From Bacteroidota bacterium (GTDB lineage Bacteria > Bacteroidota > Bacteroidia > NS11-12g > UBA955): 64,000 bases of DNA. The stretch is taken from positions 4,838 to 68,837 of the forward strand of contig JBEEMF010000069.1 in assembly GCA_041192805.1 (NCBI GenBank), in the 5' to 3' direction. Numbering within the stretch: the first letter of the stretch is position 1; each line of letters starts with the position of its first letter. The notes beneath the pieces are model-generated. The model was not told the DNA's origin. It searched no databases and was given only the letters and a program-made list of their open reading frames with translations. The position numbers were made by a program, and so were the translations under genes. Shown here in pieces: positions 20,601 through 28,550 of the stretch.

Positions 20601-21140
20601 ATTTGCGCCATTCAATATTCCGGCCGACTGATATGCGGAGAAGCCTAAAAGCAAAACCAATAGCAGCGCCAATCTCGTCACCCAACGCTTGTGCTTCAAC
20701 CAGTCCAACGCTTGTATAAAGGGTGTATTAGAAAAGGCCAACGTCTTTTGGGCGATACCCTGAAGTAGCAAGTCGTTTTCGGCGGTGATAGCCGACATTT
20801 CTTCGAGTTGCAATAAATTCAAAAGTTTATCCGCCACTTCAGGAAAATAATTTCCGATCCAACGCGCTGCTTCTTGATGAGAAATCACTTTACCCGAGCC
20901 TTGCAGCTTCAGCAATGGCTGAACTACTAGAACACCCCAGGCAGCAATGATCATCGTCCACATTCCAAAGAAAAGGACGGTCCTTGATTGCACGGAAAGC
21001 CACAGCTGATTTTCAAGAAGAAACAAACCTACTAGCAGCAACATTGTACCGGAGAGAGCGAGCATCAAGCCCCGCACAAACCTTTGTTTGTAGTGGGCCG
21101 CAATAAATGCGTCTAGCTTGATTCTAATTTCACTCCTCAT
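17670..21140 (-). CDS. Giant (1156 aa) membrane-anchored protein: N-terminal TM hairpin, ~450-aa globular region, ~600-aa Q/K/E-rich coiled-coil or low-complexity region (DUF4175-like by recollection)
   Basis: TM helices LMLALSGTMLLLVGLFLL and VLFFGMWTMIIAAWGVLVV, with a third hydrophobic segment near aa 160. Residues ~530-1100 are dominated by heptad-like EKQ/LKQ repeats, e.g. KQLEKKQSEVNKQKERLGEQSQELQKKKDALNERLKQL. The gene sits between trmH and metG on the same strand with 19-26 bp gaps. Confidence 0.7.
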   Translation of the reverse strand: MRSEIRIKLDAFIAAHYKQRFVRGLMLALSGTMLLLVGLFLLENQLWLSVQSRTVLFFGMWTMIIAAWGVLVVQPLLKLQGSGKVISHQEAARWIGNYFPEVADKLLNLLQLEEMSAITAENDLLLQGIAQKTLAFSNTPFIQALDWLKHKRWVTRLALLLVLLLGFSAYQSAGILNGANRVFHYQTEYVPKAPFRVELSPAELVADQGKDLTVNFMVEGSVLPESIEILIDKQIIRAKKIKSNHFQYTFPSVQAQFDFAIRAMDFDLGNYHVNVNHPPQWQALSAWADYPEYTGKIDGECASTELLEVPEGTIVTYELKGKYVNQWLVKSFGGRWTSIGGLGEKGDLAKGQESTNHLNTAKEQQQYKVRANSSGGFVFGMRGKQGLSMDTFLSRLEVQKDLFPDIQCETLEDSVKMGVWYFMGLSGDDYAVRSVHFYHRILRKNGRSGDTNWMRTPLFIGNESQISFTHALDLGLMGIQPGDAIEYQLAAMDNDAVHGGKVMRTPIKKLERASNDAVVAQLEKQEAGIGQGMSKSVKNLEKLQKEAKRLQESLQQSGQSWDQENKIKNWLNEEQKMLQTIKQLEKKQSEVNKQKERLGEQSQELQKKKDALNERLKQLNNPEMQKLIDEIQRLLQQKADKEQLKESMQKLSEMSQETAKEMDKLMEQLKQLELEEAVDAVAKSMEDWAKTEEDLAQKTKEEKGGQASEALKEAQAEQNKALQSIEKKIKDVEEKNAELEKPMELKTGEEDRKEAGDEAQKASQDLQNNKKSAASEKMKKSAQKMKEAMQNMQKSFEDQQKKRTAEDYQTLRALLENLIDASNRQEANFMELRKLSSDNPRLATLNKEQMRLRESLMFIEDSLMALAKRQPMIDNFVTKEMSRVNVQMGMALDNMKVRNSRGAAVHEQFVMTGLNNLADMLMESLQSMQQQMQSDQKKDGDKSCNNPNKSGKGKNGKPKPGGKLSDAQKALGEQLQKMQQQKRGKPGESGKQGEQGSPKTPGSQGESSQDGQRSLNEDLAKMALMQEALRRQVEQLRKELGQEGKQGLSNGLQEVEKMMEQQEKDIVNGKITPQSIERQKQIMTRLLENEKADRKQDQEDKRESNNPGNYIPEVPENIKEAMRKKAEERESMRRIQPAFKPYYKQSVQKYLQIYSR

Positions 21141-21165
21141 GGGTTACTCACAAATATAGCAAAGA

Positions 21166-21879
21166 CTATCGCAACAAATTATCGAGAAGAATGGCGGTTG
21201 CAATTCCGGCATTGAGTGATTCGGCGTGACCTTTTCCAGGGATGGTGATTTTTTCTGTCACCAAGGATTCGGCCTCCGGCCGAATCCCATGAGATTCACT
21301 GCCGATAATCAACATCGATGGGCTTTCCAATTTCAATCCGTGCACGGATGTCCCGTCCAGAAAGGCGCCATACACCCTGCGGCCTGCGGCCGCAGGGTGT
21401 AATTTACTATACACTACCTCCACCCGAAGAAACGACCCCATAGTGGCACTTAAACACTTCGCATTGTATACATCCACACAGTCCTCACTGGCCAATATCT
21501 GCTTCAAACCATACCAATCCGCAAGTCGGATAATCGTACCCATATTCCCAGGGTCACTGATGCCGTCTAACGCCAAAACAAAGGGCTCCAATCCATCCAA
21601 CTCCTTCATTTTTGGCATCCGAACCAAAGCCATAATTCCCGGCGGCGTGTCAAATCCAGAACATTTCTTGTTCTCCTCCTCCGTCATCCATTCAAAATCA
21701 TAGGCCGGCGAAAATCGCTCCGCAAAAGCAGGCGTTCCCCAAATCCCCTCTATTTCCCAGCCACTGTGGAATACTTCCTCCACCTGTTTGCGACCCTCAA
21801 CCACAAATTGGCCATATTTTTGCCTGTACTTCGACATTCGCAACGATGCGAGGTGCTTGATTTGAGCAATTGATGGCAT
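21166..21879 (-). CDS. TrmH/SpoU-family RNA 2'-O-methyltransferase
   Basis: 237 aa: N-terminal substrate-binding region (...IKHLASLRMSKYRQKYGQFVVEG...), and a C-terminal SPOUT knot region (...LALDGISDPGNMGTIIRLADWYG..., ...ESLNAGIATAILL). Confidence 0.85.
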   Translation of the reverse strand: MPSIAQIKHLASLRMSKYRQKYGQFVVEGRKQVEEVFHSGWEIEGIWGTPAFAERFSPAYDFEWMTEEENKKCSGFDTPPGIMALVRMPKMKELDGLEPFVLALDGISDPGNMGTIIRLADWYGLKQILASEDCVDVYNAKCLSATMGSFLRVEVVYSKLHPAAAGRRVYGAFLDGTSVHGLKLESPSMLIIGSESHGIRPEAESLVTEKITIPGKGHAESLNAGIATAILLDNLLR

Positions 21880-24236
21880 ACCTAGGCAAATATCTGAATT
21901 TTTCCCCGAAGTACCTATGGGCCCTGCTCGTCATCACCCTAATCCACGCCTGCGGTGTCAAAAAAAGCATCCCAGAAAATCGTTACCTGCTCAAAAGAAA
22001 TTCCGTCAGCGTCCCCAAAAAAACCGTCAGCACCTCCAATCTTAAAGCGCAAATCCTTCACAACCCCAACAAACGCGTACTATTTAACAAATTACCCGTC
22101 TTCCTGTGGGCCTATTCGCTGGGTACAAGTTTCAAACATCCGGAACTAAACGACAGTATCGCTTGGAGGAAAAAGCTCCGCAATAAACTCGGTGAACCCC
22201 CAATCCTTATCGATACGGCGCTCGCTGCCGTGTCTGCCGAAAACATGGGAAATCACCTGTTTAACTTGGGCTATTTCGACAATAGAGTGAGTTATATTGT
22301 CACCTACGGAAAGCACAAATCCGAAGTAGATTATATCGTGGAACCCGGAAAGCCCTACCGACTTAATTCGTTTTTTAGGGAACCCGACGATACAGCGCTT
22401 AAGCCCCTAATCGATACCCTTGTTGATCAAAATTTGGCTTACAGACTTTGGTGGCCCTTAAATCTGAATGCCTTAAATGAAGCAAAAGACAAGTTGGCGA
22501 TTGAACTCAAAGACCGAGGCTATTACGATGCCACGCCAGACCTTTTTCATTATGAGATTGATACGCTAGCCGATAAAAAAGAAGGCGCTATTTTCCTTAA
22601 ATTGAACAACCCCTTGAACCAATCCAAATTTCAACGATATAGATTCGGCGCCACCTATCTGAACATCATTTGCTCCGATATCTATTTGAAAAATCAGTGG
22701 CCACAATCCTATTCATCCAAAGGCAAATATTTCCAACTCAACCATTACCCCATCAAAGGCAACATAATGGATCAAGTTGTCACAATCGACTCCGGCCGAT
22801 GGTTCAGCCAATCCCTAACCAATCAAACCTATGTCGCCCTGGTAGAAATGGGACTTTTCTCCTACGTGGATTTACACCAAGAAGTGGACACCGTAAACCA
22901 CCTCATCATCACCAAAATTGAGGCGAAAGCCATCCCAAGAATTTATAGCCAAATCGAACCCCAAGCGCTTTACTCACCCCAAGGAAGTTCAGGAACCAAC
23001 TTTCAGACCCAAAGTCAGCGTAGTTTCGGCCTTGCAGGCATCGTATCGCTCAACAATCGAAACGCATTGGGCAATGGGGAAAGCTTAAAAATCAGTTCGG
23101 TAACCAGCTACGAGGCGATTTTCAAACGCGGCGATAACGACAATATCCGATATGGCTTGCAACAAGGATTCAACGCCAGACTGTCGCTGCCAAACTTTTC
23201 ATTGCTCGATAAAATCAACGTAAAAAATAGCTATCAGCGCAAAAACACCGTATTCTCGCTGAGTTACCAATTGGAGAACAATCCCAATTTTAAACGAAGC
23301 TCACTCCCCGCTTCCATTTCATTGCAATACACAAGACCCAATTTAAGTTGGTATTATACCCCCGTTGAATTGAGCTTTAACCGAAATGCAATCTCTGCAG
23401 CATTTTTACCAACGCTTCCACAGTTGGACCAAGATTTTGTGAAACGTGTTTTTACCGACCAAATTATCACCGCCGCAAAATTTGGAGGCTTGTATACCAA
23501 CAACAAAAACAAACCCGGACAAACCTACTTCTTTGGTCGTTTCGGATTTGAAACCTCCGGAAACCTTCACCGACTCGCACGATACCTATTCCAGGACAAT
23601 TACAACCCAGACAGCTCTTATCAATTCATGGGGGTTAATTATTTTCAGTACGCCAAAATCGAATCAGAAATTCGCATAAAACACACCATAGACGAGTTTA
23701 ACAGCATTGCTTTTAGGGCCAATTTTGGCATGGCCGTACCCTATTGGAATAGTAACGTAATACCTTATGATAAGCGATATTTTATTGGTGGTAGCAACAG
23801 CTTGAGAGGGTGGAGACCCCGTGGCATCGGCCCAGGAAATACGCCGGAAAGTTCAGGGTCCATCATCGACAGATCAGGAGAATTACTCATCGAGGCAAAC
23901 CTAGAATATCGGTTCACTTTGGTGAAAAATTTCATCGAAAGCGCCTTATTCATAGATGCTGGTAACATCTGGAACCTCAGCAAAGAAGGATCCGCCAACG
24001 GCTACGGTGTCATTCAACGAGAAACCTTCCTGCCCGAAGTTGCCCTAAACACTGGAATTGGCTTCCGATTCGACCTAAGCCTGTTTCTGTTTCGTGTCGA
24101 TTTGGGACTGCCAATCCGCGACCCCTCCAAAGATTTCGACAAGCGTTGGGTAATGACAAAAAGTGCAAGTACCAATTTCTCCAATTACATGCGCAATGAA
24201 AGTGCAATTTGTATAGGTATCGGATATCCGTTCTAA
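21870..24236 (+). CDS. Omp85-family outer-membrane protein with lipoprotein-type signal (TamL/BamA-like)
   Basis: The N-terminus MAYLGKYLNFSPKYLWALLVITLIHACG is a signal peptide with a lipobox-like LIHAC. The C-terminal region is a beta-barrel ending ...ICIGIGYPF (terminal aromatic). The 5' end overlaps the trmH 5' end by a few nt on the opposite strand. Confidence 0.7.
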   Translation: MMAYLGKYLNFSPKYLWALLVITLIHACGVKKSIPENRYLLKRNSVSVPKKTVSTSNLKAQILHNPNKRVLFNKLPVFLWAYSLGTSFKHPELNDSIAWRKKLRNKLGEPPILIDTALAAVSAENMGNHLFNLGYFDNRVSYIVTYGKHKSEVDYIVEPGKPYRLNSFFREPDDTALKPLIDTLVDQNLAYRLWWPLNLNALNEAKDKLAIELKDRGYYDATPDLFHYEIDTLADKKEGAIFLKLNNPLNQSKFQRYRFGATYLNIICSDIYLKNQWPQSYSSKGKYFQLNHYPIKGNIMDQVVTIDSGRWFSQSLTNQTYVALVEMGLFSYVDLHQEVDTVNHLIITKIEAKAIPRIYSQIEPQALYSPQGSSGTNFQTQSQRSFGLAGIVSLNNRNALGNGESLKISSVTSYEAIFKRGDNDNIRYGLQQGFNARLSLPNFSLLDKINVKNSYQRKNTVFSLSYQLENNPNFKRSSLPASISLQYTRPNLSWYYTPVELSFNRNAISAAFLPTLPQLDQDFVKRVFTDQIITAAKFGGLYTNNKNKPGQTYFFGRFGFETSGNLHRLARYLFQDNYNPDSSYQFMGVNYFQYAKIESEIRIKHTIDEFNSIAFRANFGMAVPYWNSNVIPYDKRYFIGGSNSLRGWRPRGIGPGNTPESSGSIIDRSGELLIEANLEYRFTLVKNFIESALFIDAGNIWNLSKEGSANGYGVIQRETFLPEVALNTGIGFRFDLSLFLFRVDLGLPIRDPSKDFDKRWVMTKSASTNFSNYMRNESAICIGIGYPF

Positions 24237-24366
24237 AATCACGATCCAAACCAAAGGTCGTTGAGCTCTTCTGATTCCAAAAATCGGAGTCCCGAGAATC
24301 AAAAAGTAAAAATAATGTCTCATTTTTGGCATCATTTTTGGCAGTTGCGGGTGAACTCAAACACCC

Positions 24367-25167
24367 ATGTTGAAAAGAATTTCAATCATCGCAGTAATAA
24401 CTATTGCCCTTCTTTCACTCAGTAGCTGCTCTAGTTGGCTCGGAAAAGTCAATATTTTCCCAGTAGAACAAGACGTAACCCTGGGCAAACAAGTCTCCGA
24501 AAGTTTTGAGCAAGGAAACGCCTCCATAATCATGGATTCCTCCAAAAACACAGTCGTTTATCGCTATATCTATGGGATTCGAGACAGTATCCTAAAAACG
24601 AATTTATTGATCCATAAAAACGATTTCGCCTGGAGAATCCGTATCATCCAAAACGATACAATACAAAATGCCTTCTGTACCCCCGGTGGTTACATTTATG
24701 TCTATACCGGCTTGATGAAATACCTTGAAAGCGAAGACCAATTGGCCGGCGTGATGGGCCATGAAATGGCGCATGCAGAAAAACGACATTCTACCGATGC
24801 AATGACCCGTGAATTTGGTGCGAACCTTTTATTGGAATTGATTTTTGGACAGAACAAAGCACAACTCCTACAAATTGCTACCGGCTTAGCACAACTAGAA
24901 TTTGGTCGCGATGCAGAAACCGAGGCCGATAATTGTTCGGTGGATTGGCTTTATCAAACTGCCTACAACCCCATCGGTGCAGCAGGGTTCTTTGAGAAAA
25001 TCCAAAAAGAGAAAAACAAAATCAATATCCCAGAATTTCTGAGCACCCACCCCGATCCAGGTCATCGCGTGGAAAACATGAAAAAACGATGGTCGGACAA
25101 AGGCTCAAAACAAGGTCAGACCTTCACCGACAGATACAAAAGAATGCTCAATTACCTGCCTAAATAA
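24367..25167 (+). CDS. M48-family zinc metallopeptidase lipoprotein
   Basis: Lipoprotein signal MLKRISIIAVITIALLSLSSCSS; HEXXH motif in ...GVMGHEMAHAEKRHS..., with the downstream E in ...ETEADN.... Confidence 0.85.
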   Translation: MLKRISIIAVITIALLSLSSCSSWLGKVNIFPVEQDVTLGKQVSESFEQGNASIIMDSSKNTVVYRYIYGIRDSILKTNLLIHKNDFAWRIRIIQNDTIQNAFCTPGGYIYVYTGLMKYLESEDQLAGVMGHEMAHAEKRHSTDAMTREFGANLLLELIFGQNKAQLLQIATGLAQLEFGRDAETEADNCSVDWLYQTAYNPIGAAGFFEKIQKEKNKINIPEFLSTHPDPGHRVENMKKRWSDKGSKQGQTFTDRYKRMLNYLPK

Positions 25168-25204
25168 CCCCAAAACCACCCTAATCAATTAGGGACTCTA
25201 ACCA

Positions 25205-25690
25205 ATGATCAAAAAAATCCTTATACTTAACATCTGTTTGATTGTCAATTTTTTATCGGCACAAACCGACTCGTTGGTAGGTAATAATCAGGCCGATTTG
25301 GTTGCCATAAACACCCTACTGAGAGAGGCTGGATCGCATTTGGGAACCGGTTATCGCGGAGGAGGAAAAACACCTGCTGGTTTTGATTGCAGCGGATTTG
25401 TTGGATACTGTTATAATACCACTTTGGGCATCCGAACCCCAGCCAGCTCTTCTCTATTTCACAACGCCGGAATGCATATCAGTATCGCCAATGCCAGACC
25501 CGGAGATGTTATCTGTTTCAAAGGGCATAGCAACAGCCGAAGAGTCATGGGCCACGTAGGCATCATCACCGAAGTCACCCCCAATGAAGTCTATTTCATC
25601 CACTCCGCAAGCAGTGGTGGTATAAGATACGATGTCTTAAGCGCCCCTTATTACAAGTTGCGATTTATGGATATCCGCAGATTTTTCTAA
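25205..25690 (+). CDS. NlpC/P60 (C40) family cell-wall peptidase
   Basis: Signal peptide, then ...GFDCSGFVGYCY... (catalytic Cys) and ...GHVGII... (His), the C40 signature. Confidence 0.85.
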   Translation: MIKKILILNICLIVNFLSAQTDSLVGNNQADLVAINTLLREAGSHLGTGYRGGGKTPAGFDCSGFVGYCYNTTLGIRTPASSSLFHNAGMHISIANARPGDVICFKGHSNSRRVMGHVGIITEVTPNEVYFIHSASSGGIRYDVLSAPYYKLRFMDIRRFF

Positions 25691-25701
25691 TCTCGCAAGA
25701 A

Positions 25702-28308
25702 TTACTCCTCCGATTTCTTGTCGGCCTTTGCCTTGGAAGCACGCGGTTTCTTTGGCGCTTCGATGGCTTTGTCGCCTTCAGCAAGTAAAAGCTCAGCCTT
25801 TACAGGAGTGAAATTCAATTCCTCAGCACCTTCCGCACAATCCACCCTTAACTCATCGCCCTCCTTCAAATTGCCCTGCAAAACCTGCTCGGCCAATGGC
25901 TCTTCCAAAAACTTCTGCAAAGCCCGTTGCAATGGACGTGCGCCAAAATCAGCATCGAAACCTTTATCCGCCAAGAAAACCTTAGCAGCATCGGTCAAAG
26001 TGACTTTATAACCAATCTCCTGAATGCGTTTGAGCATTTTTACCATGCGCACATCCAAAATCTTGATGATTTCATCCTTGTCCAAAGAGTTAAATACAAT
26101 CACATCGTCGATGCGATTCAAAAACTCCGGTGAAAAGAACTTCTTCAACTGCGTCTCAATCACCTGCTTAGAATCCCTCTCCTTATTGACTTCCTTGGTA
26201 CCCGTGCCAAATCCTACGCCCGTTCCAAACTCCTTCAACTGCCTTGATCCGATGTTCGATGTCATAATGATCACCGTATTCCTAAAGTCGATTTTCCGAC
26301 CCATGGAATCCGTCATCTGGCCCTCATCCAACACCTGCAACAACAAATTGAATACATCAGGGTGGGCCTTTTCTACCTCATCAAACAAGATAACCGAGTA
26401 GGGTTTGCGTCGAACTTTCTCCGTTAGCATACCGCCTTCTTCGTAACCCACGTAGCCTGGAGGGGCACCAACCAAACGACTTACGGCGAATTTCTCCATA
26501 AACTCAGACATATCGATGCGAATCATCGCGTCGTCCGCATCAAACAAGAATTCGCTCAACGCTTTTGCCAATTCGGTTTTTCCAACACCCGTAGGTCCAA
26601 GGAATATGAATGACCCGATAGGATGATTGGGCTCTTTGAAACCCGCACGCGTCCTTTGAATCGTTTTTGTGAGTTTTTCAACGGCTTTGTCCTGACCAAT
26701 CACACGCTTGCGAAGGGTATCGGCCATGGTAAGCAATCTGCGACTTTCATCCTCTGCCATGCGCTTTACGGGGATCCCTGTAATCATCGAAATTACCGCA
26801 GCGATATCGTCCTCAGTAACGAAAAACTTTTCGGTAGACGTTTGCGCTTCCCAACGAGCCTTGGCAGTTTCGAGTTCTTCCAATAAACGCTTTTCTGTAT
26901 CTCTCAACTTGGCGGCTTCCTCAAAATTCTGACTCTTCACCACCTTGTTTTTCTCCAACTTAATGGCTTCGATTTGGGTTTCAAAATCCACAATTTCCGA
27001 AGGCACGTTGATGTTACTGATGTGAACCCTAGCCCCTGCCTCATCCAAAATATCGATTGCTTTGTCTGGTAAATGTCGACCACTCATGTATCGAACACTC
27101 AAATCCACACAAGCCTTTAAAGCCTCTGGAGTATATTTCACCCCATGGTGATCCTCGTATTTATCGCAAATATTATGTAAAATCTCAACCGTATCTTCTG
27201 GCGATGCGGGTTCGATCAATACCATTTGAAACCTGCGCTCCAAAGCACCATCCTTCTCGATGTACTGTCGGTATTCATCCAAGGTTGTAGCTCCGATGCA
27301 CTGAATTTCGCCCCTAGCCAAAGCAGGCTTAAACATGTTCGATGCATCCAAAGAACCGCTGGCACCACCGGCACCCACAATGGTATGAATCTCATCGATA
27401 AACAAAATCACATCGTCTGCCTTTTCCAACTCCATCATCAACGCCTTCATCCTCTCCTCGAACTGACCGCGATACTTGGTACCGGCAACCATGGAGGCGA
27501 TATCTAAACTCACCACGCGTTTGTTGAATAACACGCGACTTACTTTTCTTTGGATGATGCGAAGCGCCAAGCCTTCCGCGATGGCGGTTTTACCCACACC
27601 AGGTTCTCCGATTAAGACTGGGTTGTTCTTTTTACGTCGACTCAAAACCTGACTCACACGCTCAATTTCTTTTTCACGACCCACGATAGGATCCAACTTC
27701 CCTTCTTCTGCGGCCTTGGTAAGATCACGTCCAAAATTATCTAAAACAGGCGTCTTGGTTTTTGCCTTGCCTTTTCTGGCCTCGATTGCCTTTTGTTCTT
27801 CACGATAAAAATCTTCAGGGCTATCATTTTCATCACCACCAGATTCCGAACTCTCATTGCGTAAACTTGATGTATCCACCCCTTCTTCTAGGGCCGATTT
27901 AAACACATCGTAATTCACACCATATTGATTCAAAATCTTCGATGCCACATTGTCCTCATCGCGTAAAATGGAGAGCAACAAATGTTCGGTTCCTATGAGA
28001 TCCGTCTTGAAAATCTTTGCTTCCAAATAAGTGATCTTCAACGCCTTTTCCGCTTGTTTTGTTAGGGGAATATTTCCCAAATTTGCCGTTTTGGAGGCGG
28101 TGGTACGAATTACATCTTCGATGCTCTTTTTCAAGCGCAAGGCATCGATATCTAACATTTTTATTGTTTGTATCGCTTTGCCCTCGCCTTCGCGGATAAT
28201 CCCCAAAAGCAGATGCTCGCAGCCAATATAATCATGCCCCAACCGGATGGCTTCTTCCCGGCTGTATTGAATCACTTCCTTTACTCTTTGTGAAAATTTT
28301 GCTTCCAT
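25702..28308 (-). CDS. clpC: ATP-dependent Clp protease ATP-binding subunit, ClpC-type (two AAA+ domains, short UVR-like middle domain)
   Basis: Start chosen at MEAKFSQRVKEV (Clp-N repeats). Walker A GEPGVGKT and GPTGVGKT; short linker ...FEEAAKLRDTEKRLLEELE... between the AAA domains, so ClpC-like rather than ClpB. Basic/Ala-rich C-terminal tail. Confidence 0.88.
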   Translation of the reverse strand: MEAKFSQRVKEVIQYSREEAIRLGHDYIGCEHLLLGIIREGEGKAIQTIKMLDIDALRLKKSIEDVIRTTASKTANLGNIPLTKQAEKALKITYLEAKIFKTDLIGTEHLLLSILRDEDNVASKILNQYGVNYDVFKSALEEGVDTSSLRNESSESGGDENDSPEDFYREEQKAIEARKGKAKTKTPVLDNFGRDLTKAAEEGKLDPIVGREKEIERVSQVLSRRKKNNPVLIGEPGVGKTAIAEGLALRIIQRKVSRVLFNKRVVSLDIASMVAGTKYRGQFEERMKALMMELEKADDVILFIDEIHTIVGAGGASGSLDASNMFKPALARGEIQCIGATTLDEYRQYIEKDGALERRFQMVLIEPASPEDTVEILHNICDKYEDHHGVKYTPEALKACVDLSVRYMSGRHLPDKAIDILDEAGARVHISNINVPSEIVDFETQIEAIKLEKNKVVKSQNFEEAAKLRDTEKRLLEELETAKARWEAQTSTEKFFVTEDDIAAVISMITGIPVKRMAEDESRRLLTMADTLRKRVIGQDKAVEKLTKTIQRTRAGFKEPNHPIGSFIFLGPTGVGKTELAKALSEFLFDADDAMIRIDMSEFMEKFAVSRLVGAPPGYVGYEEGGMLTEKVRRKPYSVILFDEVEKAHPDVFNLLLQVLDEGQMTDSMGRKIDFRNTVIIMTSNIGSRQLKEFGTGVGFGTGTKEVNKERDSKQVIETQLKKFFSPEFLNRIDDVIVFNSLDKDEIIKILDVRMVKMLKRIQEIGYKVTLTDAAKVFLADKGFDADFGARPLQRALQKFLEEPLAEQVLQGNLKEGDELRVDCAEGAEELNFTPVKAELLLAEGDKAIEAPKKPRASKAKADKKSEE

Positions 28309-28550
28309 GTTTTGGCTCTGCTTATGTACAAATGTATGGGCTCCAAATGGCATTTTAATCACCTTTAACAAACAAGCCCTAACAATGTATGTTTTGTTGG
28401 ATATAGCACGAATTATACCAAGATGATCTACCCCGTGTTATCTGTCAAAGTGTCGGAAATAACCCTAACTCGCGTCATCAAAAATGTTTAAAAGTTTTGT
28501 TGTCGAAACATGAGAAAAACTTTGCACTTTCATTTTACTTTGTAGGTCCT

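Noticed and set aside
24010-24551. Minus-strand ORFs 24010..24360, 24075..24335 and 24357..24551 between the Omp85 gene and the M48 peptidase gene
   Set aside because: They overlap the well-supported 3' end of the Omp85 gene and the 5' end of the M48 gene. They are low-complexity and have no plausible ribosome-binding context.
28309-28550. A 240-bp clpC/dnaB divergent intergenic region, as a possible small RNA or DnaA-box cluster
   Set aside because: I could not find repeated TTATCCACA-like DnaA boxes or a terminator-flanked stable hairpin. It is treated as ordinary divergent promoter space.
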